Below, piece after piece: positions 50,452-59,558 of a stretch of DNA of 64,000 bases (its first letter is position 1; each line of letters opens with the position of its first letter). A model generated the notes under the pieces. The model searched no databases, was not told the DNA's origin, and saw only the letters and a program-made list of their open reading frames with translations. The stretch is from the NCBI GenBank assembly GCA_964458565.1, contig CAYWJO010000007.1, positions 32,001 through 96,000 on the forward strand, in the 5' to 3' direction. Position numbers and translations under genes: made by a program. Source of the stretch: an uncultured archaeon (GTDB taxonomy: Archaea; Asgardarchaeota; Thorarchaeia; Thorarchaeales; Thorarchaeaceae).

Positions 50452-52008
50452 TCATGTAGAATCCCATATTTCATCTTGTACATAGTTACGTCCTGATTTC
50501 ATGCAAATCTCCGCCTTGGTTAATTCACACCCTAGATACGAAGCATGACTAAGATGACTGATTATTCCTCTGGTCAATATGGCCTGTAACAGAGCATTAG
50601 CTGTCTCGGACTTCAAGTTAATTGTTGAGTTGTCTGACTTTTTATGCTGGCAGAGTATTCTTCTTCTACGCCGATCCACTGCAATCCTAAAACAACCTTT
50701 AGGATCAGTTTGATGCTTAGAAGTTTCCTTCATGACAACTTCAAAGCTATCATTGTCGCTTAATGTCTGTGGATCAAATTGCGGAGATTTGATATAAAAT
50801 GCTGAGAATCCTATATCTCTAGGTGGAGCATTCAAAATCTTAGCCGCAAAGGACATCTGACTGGCAAGATGGAGTTCTTTTGTACTATACACGGTAGAAG
50901 CTCTCTCCTCAGTTGTGAGAAACACTGAGATTCCTAATTCAATGCCCAAACAAGCAAGTAATGCGTTAACTCCTGTTGTATCCGAGTCTATGAACTCTGT
51001 AACATTCCCAAAACCTGCCAAAAATGGTCTATCGGAATCTAATTGACGACACATGTAATAAGCAGTCAATGATTTCATTAGTCCCGGATGAATCGCAGCT
51101 TCCATCAGTGGATCGGCAAATAGCTTAGTATAGCCTTTCTTTTCTAACTTTTCACAAATCTCTTTACACAATCTAGCTCGTTCTGACGGCTCATTTGGAA
51201 AAACACCCTCTGACACATTCGTTGGAAGGCAGACAATCGCTACATCTTCTGGAAGTCGTTGTACTACACCTATGTTTCCATGGTCAACTGAGAGAACGAT
51301 TTCAGCACCCGCATCAACTCCTGCTAGAATTTCTGAAGGATTCAGTGTGTCAATACTGACAGGCAGTCCTAGTTTTTTAACTTCAGTAACTAGTTCTGCT
51401 ATCTTTTCAGGGTCTGTTTTCTCTATGTTCGTACCAAGGTCTATGATATCTGCCCATTCAACAAATTTCTTTGCTTTCTCCAGTGACTCATCAATCGAAC
51501 GAGTGGTGACATCTACAACCTCCGCCATGACTTTTGGAGGGAAATCCAATCCTATTGGAATGCCTGATATTAGCTTAAAGTTACGGGTTTTGAAACTAAC
51601 TTTGTCTTCTAATTCTTGGATATATTGGTGAAGATTCTCCTTTTGTTTCTCCTTGATTATAATATCAGCAGATTCAATTGGTGATAGCAGGTGTGCAAAA
51701 TCTTCGAACCCTCTTAGGAGTAAAGGCAAGCCCGAAACATTTCTAGTACCTTTTAGTACACGTGTTCTAAGTTCTCTTCCGACCTGGGTGAAATCTCCTT
51801 GGGCCATTCCAGAGATAATAATCACATCCGGATCATGTTTGGATATGAACTCCAATCCATGTCTTAGCACCAATCTGGTCGTTGTGAAAGCAGCTACTGA
51901 AATTGGAAGGACATCAACATACACATTGTCAAACGCTTCTACACTTCTTCTAACATCATCTTGAGCCATTCTTCCTGTCAAAAGCAGTATCCTGCTCTTC
52001 TTCGACAT
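50452..52008 (-). CDS. Archaeal dihydropteroate synthase-like protein (MJ0107-like, with DUF4346)
   Basis: LLLTGR.A, VAAF, KGT, ADIIDLG, VSIDT, ADP, GNVTE..D.D, DPKG.F.I, HA.YLG.EL.KAE. Confidence 0.88.
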   Translation of the reverse strand: MSKKSRILLLTGRMAQDDVRRSVEAFDNVYVDVLPISVAAFTTTRLVLRHGLEFISKHDPDVIIISGMAQGDFTQVGRELRTRVLKGTRNVSGLPLLLRGFEDFAHLLSPIESADIIIKEKQKENLHQYIQELEDKVSFKTRNFKLISGIPIGLDFPPKVMAEVVDVTTRSIDESLEKAKKFVEWADIIDLGTNIEKTDPEKIAELVTEVKKLGLPVSIDTLNPSEILAGVDAGAEIVLSVDHGNIGVVQRLPEDVAIVCLPTNVSEGVFPNEPSERARLCKEICEKLEKKGYTKLFADPLMEAAIHPGLMKSLTAYYMCRQLDSDRPFLAGFGNVTEFIDSDTTGVNALLACLGIELGISVFLTTEERASTVYSTKELHLASQMSFAAKILNAPPRDIGFSAFYIKSPQFDPQTLSDNDSFEVVMKETSKHQTDPKGCFRIAVDRRRRRILCQHKKSDNSTINLKSETANALLQAILTRGIISHLSHASYLGCELTKAEICMKSGRNYVQDEIWDST

Positions 52009-52122
52009 ATATCACCACTCCCAAATCATAAAGACTGAACCCTTTGAAGAATTCTCTGGTTCCCCTGGTATGTTCGTTTAATTTATGTAGACTGCTTTAC
52101 TGTAAATCGGATGGTGTGATTA

Positions 52123-52710
52123 TTGACTGAAGATGATAAGCACAAGGATGTTCATTTTGCAACCACTCTTGAACTAAATGTTGAGAGAATCAAAGGTGAT
52201 GGCTACATTCTTGATATTGGTGGAGGCGGTGAGGGTGTTATTGGTCAACTTGAGGGACGAAGAGTTGTTGCAATTGATATTCGCAAAGATGAACTTGAGG
52301 AAGCTAATGTTGGCGATTATCTCCGGGTTGTAATGGATGCTACAGACCTTAAATTCTTGGAAGGGAGTTTTCCCACTGTTACGGCATTCTTCTCGATGAT
52401 GTATATGGATAATGAAATGAAGGAGAAAGTCTTCAGAGAGATATATCGAGTTCTTGCTCCAAAGGGAGAATTCCTCATCTGGGATTTAGTTGTTCCCAAA
52501 CAATTCGATGAAACTAAACGTGTGTACGCTATATTGTTGAAAATTCATCTGCCTGATAGGACTATTGAAACGGGGTATGGCTGTCCTTGGGCCAAACGTG
52601 TACAAAACTTCTCTGATTTCAAGGATTTTGCAATGAACGTTGGATTTGATCTTCTTGAGGAGGACATTGGAGAACATTCTTTCTTCCTCCGATGGACAAA
52701 ACCAGAATAA
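52123..52710 (+). CDS. Class I SAM-dependent methyltransferase
   Basis: ILDIGGGGEG, MDA, E..RVL.P.G. Confidence 0.88.
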   Translation: MTEDDKHKDVHFATTLELNVERIKGDGYILDIGGGGEGVIGQLEGRRVVAIDIRKDELEEANVGDYLRVVMDATDLKFLEGSFPTVTAFFSMMYMDNEMKEKVFREIYRVLAPKGEFLIWDLVVPKQFDETKRVYAILLKIHLPDRTIETGYGCPWAKRVQNFSDFKDFAMNVGFDLLEEDIGEHSFFLRWTKPE

Positions 52711-52865
52711 CCTGTTCCTAGGAGTCCGTTTGCTATTGTATTTGATATGTTTCAGCGTACTCAGTAACATTTATAACTAAATTATGTATAGTACTATATA
52801 ACATAGAGTATATGGTGTTACACAATGGTAAACAACATAAATCGTTTCAATGGCGGTAACAACGA

Positions 52866-53237
52866 ATGAGTAAATTGCATCGAAAAGCCCTTGATGAGTT
52901 TGACCGCTGGTCGAAAGAAGTCAAGAGAGGTGCTGCATCATTGGCGATACTATCAGTCTTGGAAGGCGAAAGCAACTATGGTTATGAGATAGTAAATGCT
53001 CTGAAACGGAAAGGTGCTGATTTTCTCGCTTTTGAAGAAGGTACAGTGTATCCTCTTCTTAAGAGGCTCGAACAACGAGATCTTTTGAAGGCTGAATGGA
53101 ATTACGATGATCCTGCAAAGCCGAGGAAGTACTATACCACAACCGCGGAGGGTAAGGAAGCACTTCGACTGATGAAGGAAAAGTGGAATGAACTTGGGAG
53201 AGAAATGGAACGCATTTTAGAAGGTGACGCACTATGA
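52866..53237 (+). CDS. PadR family regulator
   Basis: YGYEI, EGTVYPLL.RLE, RKYY..T..G. Confidence 0.93.
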   Translation: MSKLHRKALDEFDRWSKEVKRGAASLAILSVLEGESNYGYEIVNALKRKGADFLAFEEGTVYPLLKRLEQRDLLKAEWNYDDPAKPRKYYTTTAEGKEALRLMKEKWNELGREMERILEGDAL

Positions 53238-54352
53238 CAAGAGATCCAGATAGAGTAATTGAAGAATATTTAGAACGTGTGAAAGTATATCTGCCACTAG
53301 GCAGCGAAGATACATTGACAGAGATTCGGACCCACATCTTAGATTCAGCCGAACGAATAGGCGAAGGCAAGGTGACTGAGGGGTCTGTTATAATGGCGAT
53401 TGAACGAATTGGTGAACCCCAAAGAGTTGCTAATGAATACGCAGGCACAGGCGAGAAAGTAGGTCCGGTTCCTGCTGAATATGTACAACCATTATTTAGA
53501 ATTCTGTTGACTCTTCTTGCAATCAGTATTGCATTAATTATTGGACTAAATGTAGTCGGGATAGCATTTGATGCATTTATCGATCTTAGCGTTCTCCCGT
53601 ATTACTTCCCAATAGTAGTCGTTCTGAATGTCTTTATCGTTGTATCCATAATTGCCCTGATTTCATTGATCGTGGACCGCGACAAGCGGATTACAGAGAG
53701 AACTACACTTGAGGCTATCTTTGGTGCTGGAAGTGAAGGTTTCAAACCTAAAGGTCGTCTGGATGCAGCTGGTGAAGTATTCTTTGGTTTCCTTTGGGCA
53801 TTAGTGATCATTCTTCCTCCGGTATTAGCTGCTCTAAATCCAGCTATCCTCCTCCCAATGGTCATAGCAGCATTTCTGTTGCTCATCGGTTCCGTAAAGG
53901 GGTCTCTCTTCTACACTGCCGGCGAGAACAATCTCAACTTATTGTTTGAAGCCCTATTGAGTATTGCATGGATTATCCTTGCATTGTTTCTAGCTGGAGT
54001 TCCATATCCTATGGACAAAATCTACTACAATACTAATGGCGTCTGGATGACTATGACTGTGGAGGAACTTACTACTCTTGTACCAATTGATGTATTTGAC
54101 CTCACAATTGTTTTCGCAATTGGTTGGAGCATCTTCATCTTCATTCTTGTAGTGACCAATGTCTGGAGAGTATTGGTATCAGTATCTAAGATATCCCTAT
54201 ACCTGCGAGATGGAAAAGGTTGGTGGTGGCAAGGTGGCTGGGGTAAGCCACAATACAGGCGTAGTCGCTGGTATAAGAGATTCTTTGCCAAAGATGACAA
54301 TGAGTCAGAAGAATACACAACTTACACTGACGGTTATACGGGAAACGAATAA
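53234..54352 (+). CDS. PadR-coupled membrane protein with N-terminal HAAS-like domain
   Basis: IEEYL..V...L.....EI..HI...G.P..VA.EY; multiple TM; ATGA overlap with padR. Confidence 0.8.
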   Translation: MTRDPDRVIEEYLERVKVYLPLGSEDTLTEIRTHILDSAERIGEGKVTEGSVIMAIERIGEPQRVANEYAGTGEKVGPVPAEYVQPLFRILLTLLAISIALIIGLNVVGIAFDAFIDLSVLPYYFPIVVVLNVFIVVSIIALISLIVDRDKRITERTTLEAIFGAGSEGFKPKGRLDAAGEVFFGFLWALVIILPPVLAALNPAILLPMVIAAFLLLIGSVKGSLFYTAGENNLNLLFEALLSIAWIILALFLAGVPYPMDKIYYNTNGVWMTMTVEELTTLVPIDVFDLTIVFAIGWSIFIFILVVTNVWRVLVSVSKISLYLRDGKGWWWQGGWGKPQYRRSRWYKRFFAKDDNESEEYTTYTDGYTGNE

Positions 54353-54366
54353 CTAATCATTGATTC

Positions 54367-54397
54367 GAGAGCCCCTTCAAGGGGTTCTCTTTTTCTT
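54367..54397 (+). terminator. Hairpin plus T-tract
   Basis: GAGAGCCCCT-TCA-AGGGGTTCTC then TTTTTCTT. Confidence 0.6.
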
Positions 54398-54483
54398 ATT
54401 CTATTGATTTTGAAGCTATCTATCAACACATACGCGATTCTTATATATCCCTAATCTTTTTTCAAGCCTTCAGAACAAACGCG

Positions 54484-55362
54484 GTGACTTGTATGTGTAA
54501 ATGGTGCTTCAAACACGGTGATGGCGGCAAGTGGTATGAGAACGCCCGTCTCTATTCCAACGAATTAGCCGATGAGTACAACGCTCAAGAATACCTTGAA
54601 GAACAATGGAAGAATATGGAAACTTTGTTCATCAGAAAAATCATGGGATTCAATTCCATTGGTCTCGGGTATAAGATGCAGATGCCAATCATTGGCAGAG
54701 TAATACGGAAAGTCGTTGAGGGGCAAATCCATAGTGAAAAGAAGAACAGGAATCCTGTACGTGCGGATGGTCACTTTGGTCAGGTGTTACCAATGGAGGA
54801 TGCAGTTCATATCCTTGGTAATTTGGCAGCCGAACCTATAATCAAAAACTACTGCATATGCAGATACATGCAGCGAGGAGTAAAAGATGCTGTGTGCATT
54901 AATTTTGGGCAGCTTTCCGAAGTTATCGAGAAACACACCCGCTACATCCCAGAGGGTGTGAAATACCGACTAGATAGAGAGGAAGCTATTGAAGCACTGA
55001 TGGAACAGAACAAGAAAGGTTACGTTGCATCGGTATGGTTTCAACCAGTTCCCTACATCAATGCGATTTGCTCATGCGAAACTCCTGAGTGTGGTGGTCT
55101 CCGTCTGAGAAACGACTTTGGATTGGAAACAGTATACAAGGGTGAATATATCATTGAAATTAACATTGATAACTGTCAAGGTTGTAAGAGCTGTGTAAGT
55201 ATGTGTCAATTCAATGCTCTCAGATATCTCCCCTCAGTTGACCGAGTGATAGTTGACCTTGACAAGTGCTTTGGCTGTGGAGTCTGTAGACATGCATGTA
55301 AGCATGATGCACTCAATCTCGTCCCCCGTGAGTCTGTTCCAGGACAGGCTGGTAAGTACTGA
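54484..55362 (+). CDS. 4Fe-4S dicluster domain protein
   Basis: N-terminal C..C..HG.G.KWY, CICR, CSC...C, two CxxCxxCxxxC motifs; start probably 54493. Confidence 0.85.
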   Translation: MTCMCKWCFKHGDGGKWYENARLYSNELADEYNAQEYLEEQWKNMETLFIRKIMGFNSIGLGYKMQMPIIGRVIRKVVEGQIHSEKKNRNPVRADGHFGQVLPMEDAVHILGNLAAEPIIKNYCICRYMQRGVKDAVCINFGQLSEVIEKHTRYIPEGVKYRLDREEAIEALMEQNKKGYVASVWFQPVPYINAICSCETPECGGLRLRNDFGLETVYKGEYIIEINIDNCQGCKSCVSMCQFNALRYLPSVDRVIVDLDKCFGCGVCRHACKHDALNLVPRESVPGQAGKY

Positions 55363-55377
55363 TGATGGGTGGTAGAT

Positions 55378-55662
55378 ATGGTAAAGAAGACAAAAATCAA
55401 GATAGACCATTCGAAATGTGGATTTGCTGGCAATATCGACCCGAGAAGCTGCAGAAAATGCCTGTATGTCTGCGACCCCGCGGTTCTACTCCTTCATCCT
55501 ACACTCGAGCAACACCCCGATCCTCATAATCCAGAAAAATGGGTAATTGATGCCATATGGCTATCAAAATGTACAGGTTGTATGAAATGTTCTGAAATAT
55601 GTCCAGAGTCTGCAATTGAAGTCTTTCCGGGTGACTCATTGGCATATATCAGAGCTACATAG
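55378..55662 (+). CDS. Ferredoxin
   Basis: C...CRKC...C.P and CTGCMKCSEICP. Confidence 0.85.
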   Translation: MVKKTKIKIDHSKCGFAGNIDPRSCRKCLYVCDPAVLLLHPTLEQHPDPHNPEKWVIDAIWLSKCTGCMKCSEICPESAIEVFPGDSLAYIRAT

Positions 55663-55682
55663 GTAGGTACATGACATATCTC

Positions 55683-56672
55683 CTATCGTAAGGTAGTGAT
55701 GGGTCGTGATTGTAATATGATAATCTCGTTTCCTGTCATGCACCACTCAATATCCTGAGGCCCACCCATTTTCCTCTCGATTTCAAGACCAATCTCCGCA
55801 ACTTGCATCAAGGCATTATTGGTCAACGTGAACTCGGAACGTTTCTCTATGGGCGTATCCTTCATTACCGACTGAACATAACCATCCACAACTTCGGGTC
55901 GAGAAAATCTCTCCTTTGTTCCTATGCTCTTTGCAGTTACCTTGAGGGGATTCTTTGAGAGAATGAATGTATCTGGGATTACTTTTCCTGAAACCAAAGT
56001 GTTTCCAAGTCCCCACGTTGAGTTGATTAACATCTCATCTATATCATTATTGACCACATTTGCAGTGAACGTGACTCCAGACACATCTGCAGAAATCATC
56101 TCTTGTACAAAGACACTCATCATCATCTGGCTTAGGGGGATGTCTTTTGTATTCAGATAGATGACTGCACTTGGAGAAAACCCTGATATCCAGACATCTT
56201 TGATTGCTTTGATAACATCACTAGGCTCTACAATACACAGAAAACTCTCCGCCTGACCCGCAAATGAAATATCAGTACGATCTTCTATTGTTGCTGAAGA
56301 TCGGACCGCACATCCGTGTTCTAACTTTCTTGTTCTTGTTTGAAGATTGTGAAACTCTTCTATTATCTGTGTTTCAATATCCCGTGGTATGCTGTATCGA
56401 TTCACTAGTACTTGAAGACCTACTGCAAGCTCTAGCATCTCTTCATAATCATCACATCTCTCAATATTCATAACCAACTCTGACAGCTGAGGTATATCTG
56501 TTAACATCCTCTGAAAACATGAAGTAGTTACTGAGAAACCCAATGGAACTGGAAAACCCATTTCATGCAAACGTGCAAGATTGACCCCTTTTCCTCCATA
56601 TTTCACTACGTCCTTCGAATCAATCTCAGCTAAGGGAACTACCCATCGTATTGAGTCATCTCCTTCGTTCAA
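55683..56672 (-). CDS. Stand-alone PEP-synthase/PPDK nucleotide-binding (ATP-grasp) subunit
   Basis: GGKG.NL, VP.GF, AVRSSA..ED....SFAGQ, VQEM, SGV.FT, WGLG..LVSG...PD, PQDIEW, LQSRPIT at the C-terminus; GGTGAG RBS before TTG 56672. Confidence 0.92.
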   Translation of the reverse strand: MNEGDDSIRWVVPLAEIDSKDVVKYGGKGVNLARLHEMGFPVPLGFSVTTSCFQRMLTDIPQLSELVMNIERCDDYEEMLELAVGLQVLVNRYSIPRDIETQIIEEFHNLQTRTRKLEHGCAVRSSATIEDRTDISFAGQAESFLCIVEPSDVIKAIKDVWISGFSPSAVIYLNTKDIPLSQMMMSVFVQEMISADVSGVTFTANVVNNDIDEMLINSTWGLGNTLVSGKVIPDTFILSKNPLKVTAKSIGTKERFSRPEVVDGYVQSVMKDTPIEKRSEFTLTNNALMQVAEIGLEIERKMGGPQDIEWCMTGNEIIILQSRPITTLR

Positions 56673-56688
56673 GACCAACTCACCACAT

Positions 56689-57129
56689 TCATTCAGTAAG
56701 GAATAATGATCCGGAGAGGCCATCATCTGGCTTTATGATAACTTGCTTTCTGTTCAGTTCATGAGGATTATCAATTTTCACACCCATTAATGCAGGGATT
56801 TCAAACTCACGTGTTACTATAGCAAGATGTGACCCAAGAGCTCCAGACATGCAAACTACACCTGCTAACTTTGAAAGTACAGGTGCGAGAAAAGTTGTAC
56901 CTGCATCATCGACGAGAACGATCTTTCCTTCTGCACCCTCCTTCAATAATTGAATAACTTCTGGTACGGATGTAATATATCGTAGCTCTCCATCAGCCTC
57001 TAATTTTAGGGATATTAATCCCTGTCCAACCTTTTGCATCTCATTAGTCACCTTGCAAGCTTCAGCAATTGAATCCACTGGGAGATATAAGATTTGATAC
57101 TCTGTTTTACAATTAATCATATTGCGCAT
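56689..57129 (-). CDS. Stand-alone PEP-utilising phospho-His swivel (mobile) domain
   Basis: GVVC..G...SHLAIVTREF.IPA.MG with catalytic His. Confidence 0.88.
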   Translation of the reverse strand: MRNMINCKTEYQILYLPVDSIAEACKVTNEMQKVGQGLISLKLEADGELRYITSVPEVIQLLKEGAEGKIVLVDDAGTTFLAPVLSKLAGVVCMSGALGSHLAIVTREFEIPALMGVKIDNPHELNRKQVIIKPDDGLSGSLFLTE

Positions 57130-57211
57130 TTGATTGTGAAACCACCATACTTACATAATGGGCTGTCTAGTCTGAGAATAATCAGGCTGCAAGAGTGCCA
57201 GGTGAGATGCA

Positions 57212-58366
57212 GTGAAGGTGAATGAAGTCAATCCTCTATTACGTCATGTTTCCAATGTATTTAGTGATATCCTTGCTGAGCGTGGCCTTTTGGAATCTAA
57301 ACTCTTTCCGGTAAATGAGTACATCTCAGTAGCCTGTTATCACACATATGACCATCTATACAACTTAATGAAACTAGTCTGGGATAGGATTACTCCTGAG
57401 GATTTAGCCAAGCAGAGCAAGGTGCTACTTTCAGAGGTACATGCACTCTCTATCACTTACCAATGGCTCTATTATGGTCTGGGACGGATGGGTATTATAA
57501 ATAACAAGTTAGAGAGTGATGCCTCAAAAGAGCCTGAGGAGAAACGCAATCAGTGGAAATGGATTCTTGAGAACTGGTACAGACTAGCGAAGTCCTATTT
57601 CAATACTAATGAACCCACTGTAGCTGCTTCAGGAGGTACGAATCTAGCTTTTGAGGAAAAGACTATCGAATGGTTGAAGGATAATCTTGAACCTGTAGAT
57701 ACAGAACAGGTAAAGAAAATCCGAAGGTCTCTTGGTTCGGTGGAACTCTATGCTTTCTTGGATGAATGTGAAGCACGTGCCAAGCTCATAGATCACGGTC
57801 CATATCCAATTGATGACGAAATCCTTGTCATCTCAGAATTTACTCGCCTCAATGATGGTAAGGGAGAGCCTTGGATGCCATGGTCTGACACAGAGTCAAA
57901 ACTGCCGTCTTCTGCAATGGGAATAGCTATGACTATCAAAAATGTGACAGCCTTCTTCAATGATATCGGAACTATGATGATAGAACCCGGTGATTATTCT
58001 GGTCTTGTAACAAGCGTATGTGCATATACTAATCGAGGTCAAAAAATTGTTCCTATTGGTCTGGATGAGTTGCCTGCTTATGCTGAGGCTGCAGATGCAG
58101 CTCAAACAGAGCTTTACATGAAGTTTGCAGAGTGGGACAAGTCTAAGCTTATGCTTGCAGGAGCTGCTGCATACTGGCGAGGATTTATGAGATTTACAGA
58201 CCGAGTTGGTGTGAGCGATAAGATTGACTGGATGCTATCGAAGGACATTGAAGAGGAATACGTACCCTTCTTTATGGATAATGATGCAGATCCAGCTTTT
58301 ATTCGATTTGGACGTTTTGACGAGGATATGGAGGAGGACCCCACACTCTACTTATTGCCTGAATAA
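57212..58366 (+). CDS. Uncharacterised soluble protein, candidate substrate-binding subunit of the split dikinase
   Basis: 384-aa ORF with GGTGAG RBS; divergent from the swivel gene; motif FLDECEAR....DHGPY. Confidence 0.8.
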   Translation: MKVNEVNPLLRHVSNVFSDILAERGLLESKLFPVNEYISVACYHTYDHLYNLMKLVWDRITPEDLAKQSKVLLSEVHALSITYQWLYYGLGRMGIINNKLESDASKEPEEKRNQWKWILENWYRLAKSYFNTNEPTVAASGGTNLAFEEKTIEWLKDNLEPVDTEQVKKIRRSLGSVELYAFLDECEARAKLIDHGPYPIDDEILVISEFTRLNDGKGEPWMPWSDTESKLPSSAMGIAMTIKNVTAFFNDIGTMMIEPGDYSGLVTSVCAYTNRGQKIVPIGLDELPAYAEAADAAQTELYMKFAEWDKSKLMLAGAAAYWRGFMRFTDRVGVSDKIDWMLSKDIEEEYVPFFMDNDADPAFIRFGRFDEDMEEDPTLYLLPE

Positions 58367-58369
58367 GAT

Positions 58370-59275
58370 ATGGTGAATCGGATGGCATCTCTATCAGAAA
58401 AGGACGACCACGCACATGAGCCAGATGCAAAACTTGCTTGGCGTGAGAGCTATTACTTCAACTGGGTTGACCTTAAGCGGGGTATATCCGGATTTTCTAC
58501 AGTCGGGCTTCTCCCCAATGCGAACAAAAGGGAATTTGTCTTTGCACTCTTCTATGATAATGAGCGTGAAACCTATTGGGAAGAACCAGATGGTGCAATA
58601 CCTACTGATTTTCGTAACTCGTTATCATTTGATAGACTATCCTTTGAGATGATAGAACCCTTGAAGGAATGGCGAATAAAATACATTCTTGATCATCTAG
58701 AGGTGGATATCAAATGGAAAGCACGTTTTCCAGCATACGACTTTGGCGGTGGTTCCGGTACATCATGGAATGGACATTTTGAGCAATCTGGATTTGTTGA
58801 AGGCTCGATAAAACTACCTACCGGTCCCATACTTGCCTTCAAAGGTTATGGTGAGCGTGATAAGTCATGGGGATCAAGAGATTGGCACATCGAAGCATGG
58901 TATGCATTTCACGCTCAGTTCAAAGACATATCATTCGGCCTTCGACGTGATCAAGTGAAGGGAGAATTTGTTGTATCTGGTGGAATCTCGACCGTAGATG
59001 GACATGTACCAATTGAAAAAGTGGATGTGGATACTGAATACGTAGGCTCTCCGCAAAAGATACCCTATGCCGCGACTACAACTATACATGGTGCAGATGA
59101 GAGTCAATACACCATCAAATCAAAGACGCTTTCACCTAAGAGCTTCGTTCGATTTGAACGTGCATTTCAGGGTGGAAGTACTGAGCTATTCGAGAATATG
59201 GCACATCATTACTGTGAAGAACTTGATGAGGATGGGACCGGACTTTTAGAATGGTTATTCACCTATACAGAGTGA
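58370..59275 (+). CDS. Tocopherol-cyclase/CrtC-like double beta-barrel protein (DUF7064/7065-like)
   Basis: W.ESYYF, EPL.EW, HFEQ.G.V.G, G.RDKSWG.R.W, G.G..E. Confidence 0.7.
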   Translation: MVNRMASLSEKDDHAHEPDAKLAWRESYYFNWVDLKRGISGFSTVGLLPNANKREFVFALFYDNERETYWEEPDGAIPTDFRNSLSFDRLSFEMIEPLKEWRIKYILDHLEVDIKWKARFPAYDFGGGSGTSWNGHFEQSGFVEGSIKLPTGPILAFKGYGERDKSWGSRDWHIEAWYAFHAQFKDISFGLRRDQVKGEFVVSGGISTVDGHVPIEKVDVDTEYVGSPQKIPYAATTTIHGADESQYTIKSKTLSPKSFVRFERAFQGGSTELFENMAHHYCEELDEDGTGLLEWLFTYTE

Positions 59276-59503
59276 ATGAAATAACAGTTATGCAAATTAT
59301 CCAAAAATCGTACAATTTTATTGGTAATAAACTCACCAAAAAATCTCATATGGTTTTACATGTTAAATAGAGTGGAATTCTATTTGACATGCTATGAATG
59401 CCGCTCACTCTTTGTATAATCCAATACAGTCACACATCTATAGATAGATGTTAAAAACCCCCTTCAAAAATAACTACTCCCTCCCTTATTCCACAATCAC
59501 TGC

Positions 59504-59540
59504 AAAAACCGGACGGGGGCTGATATTTCCTCCGTCCGGT
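59504..59540 (-). terminator. GC-rich hairpin plus T5 downstream of the minus-strand hydrolase
   Basis: ACCGGACGG...CCGTCCGGT inverted repeat with adjacent A5 on the + strand. Confidence 0.6.
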
Positions 59541-59558
59541 AGTATTAGATTTCTTCTA

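Noticed and set aside
55683-57129. Frameshifted ppsA pseudogene
   Set aside because: The swivel gene precedes the ATP-grasp gene (reverse of PpsA domain order), each ends at a domain boundary, and the ATP-grasp gene has its own RBS
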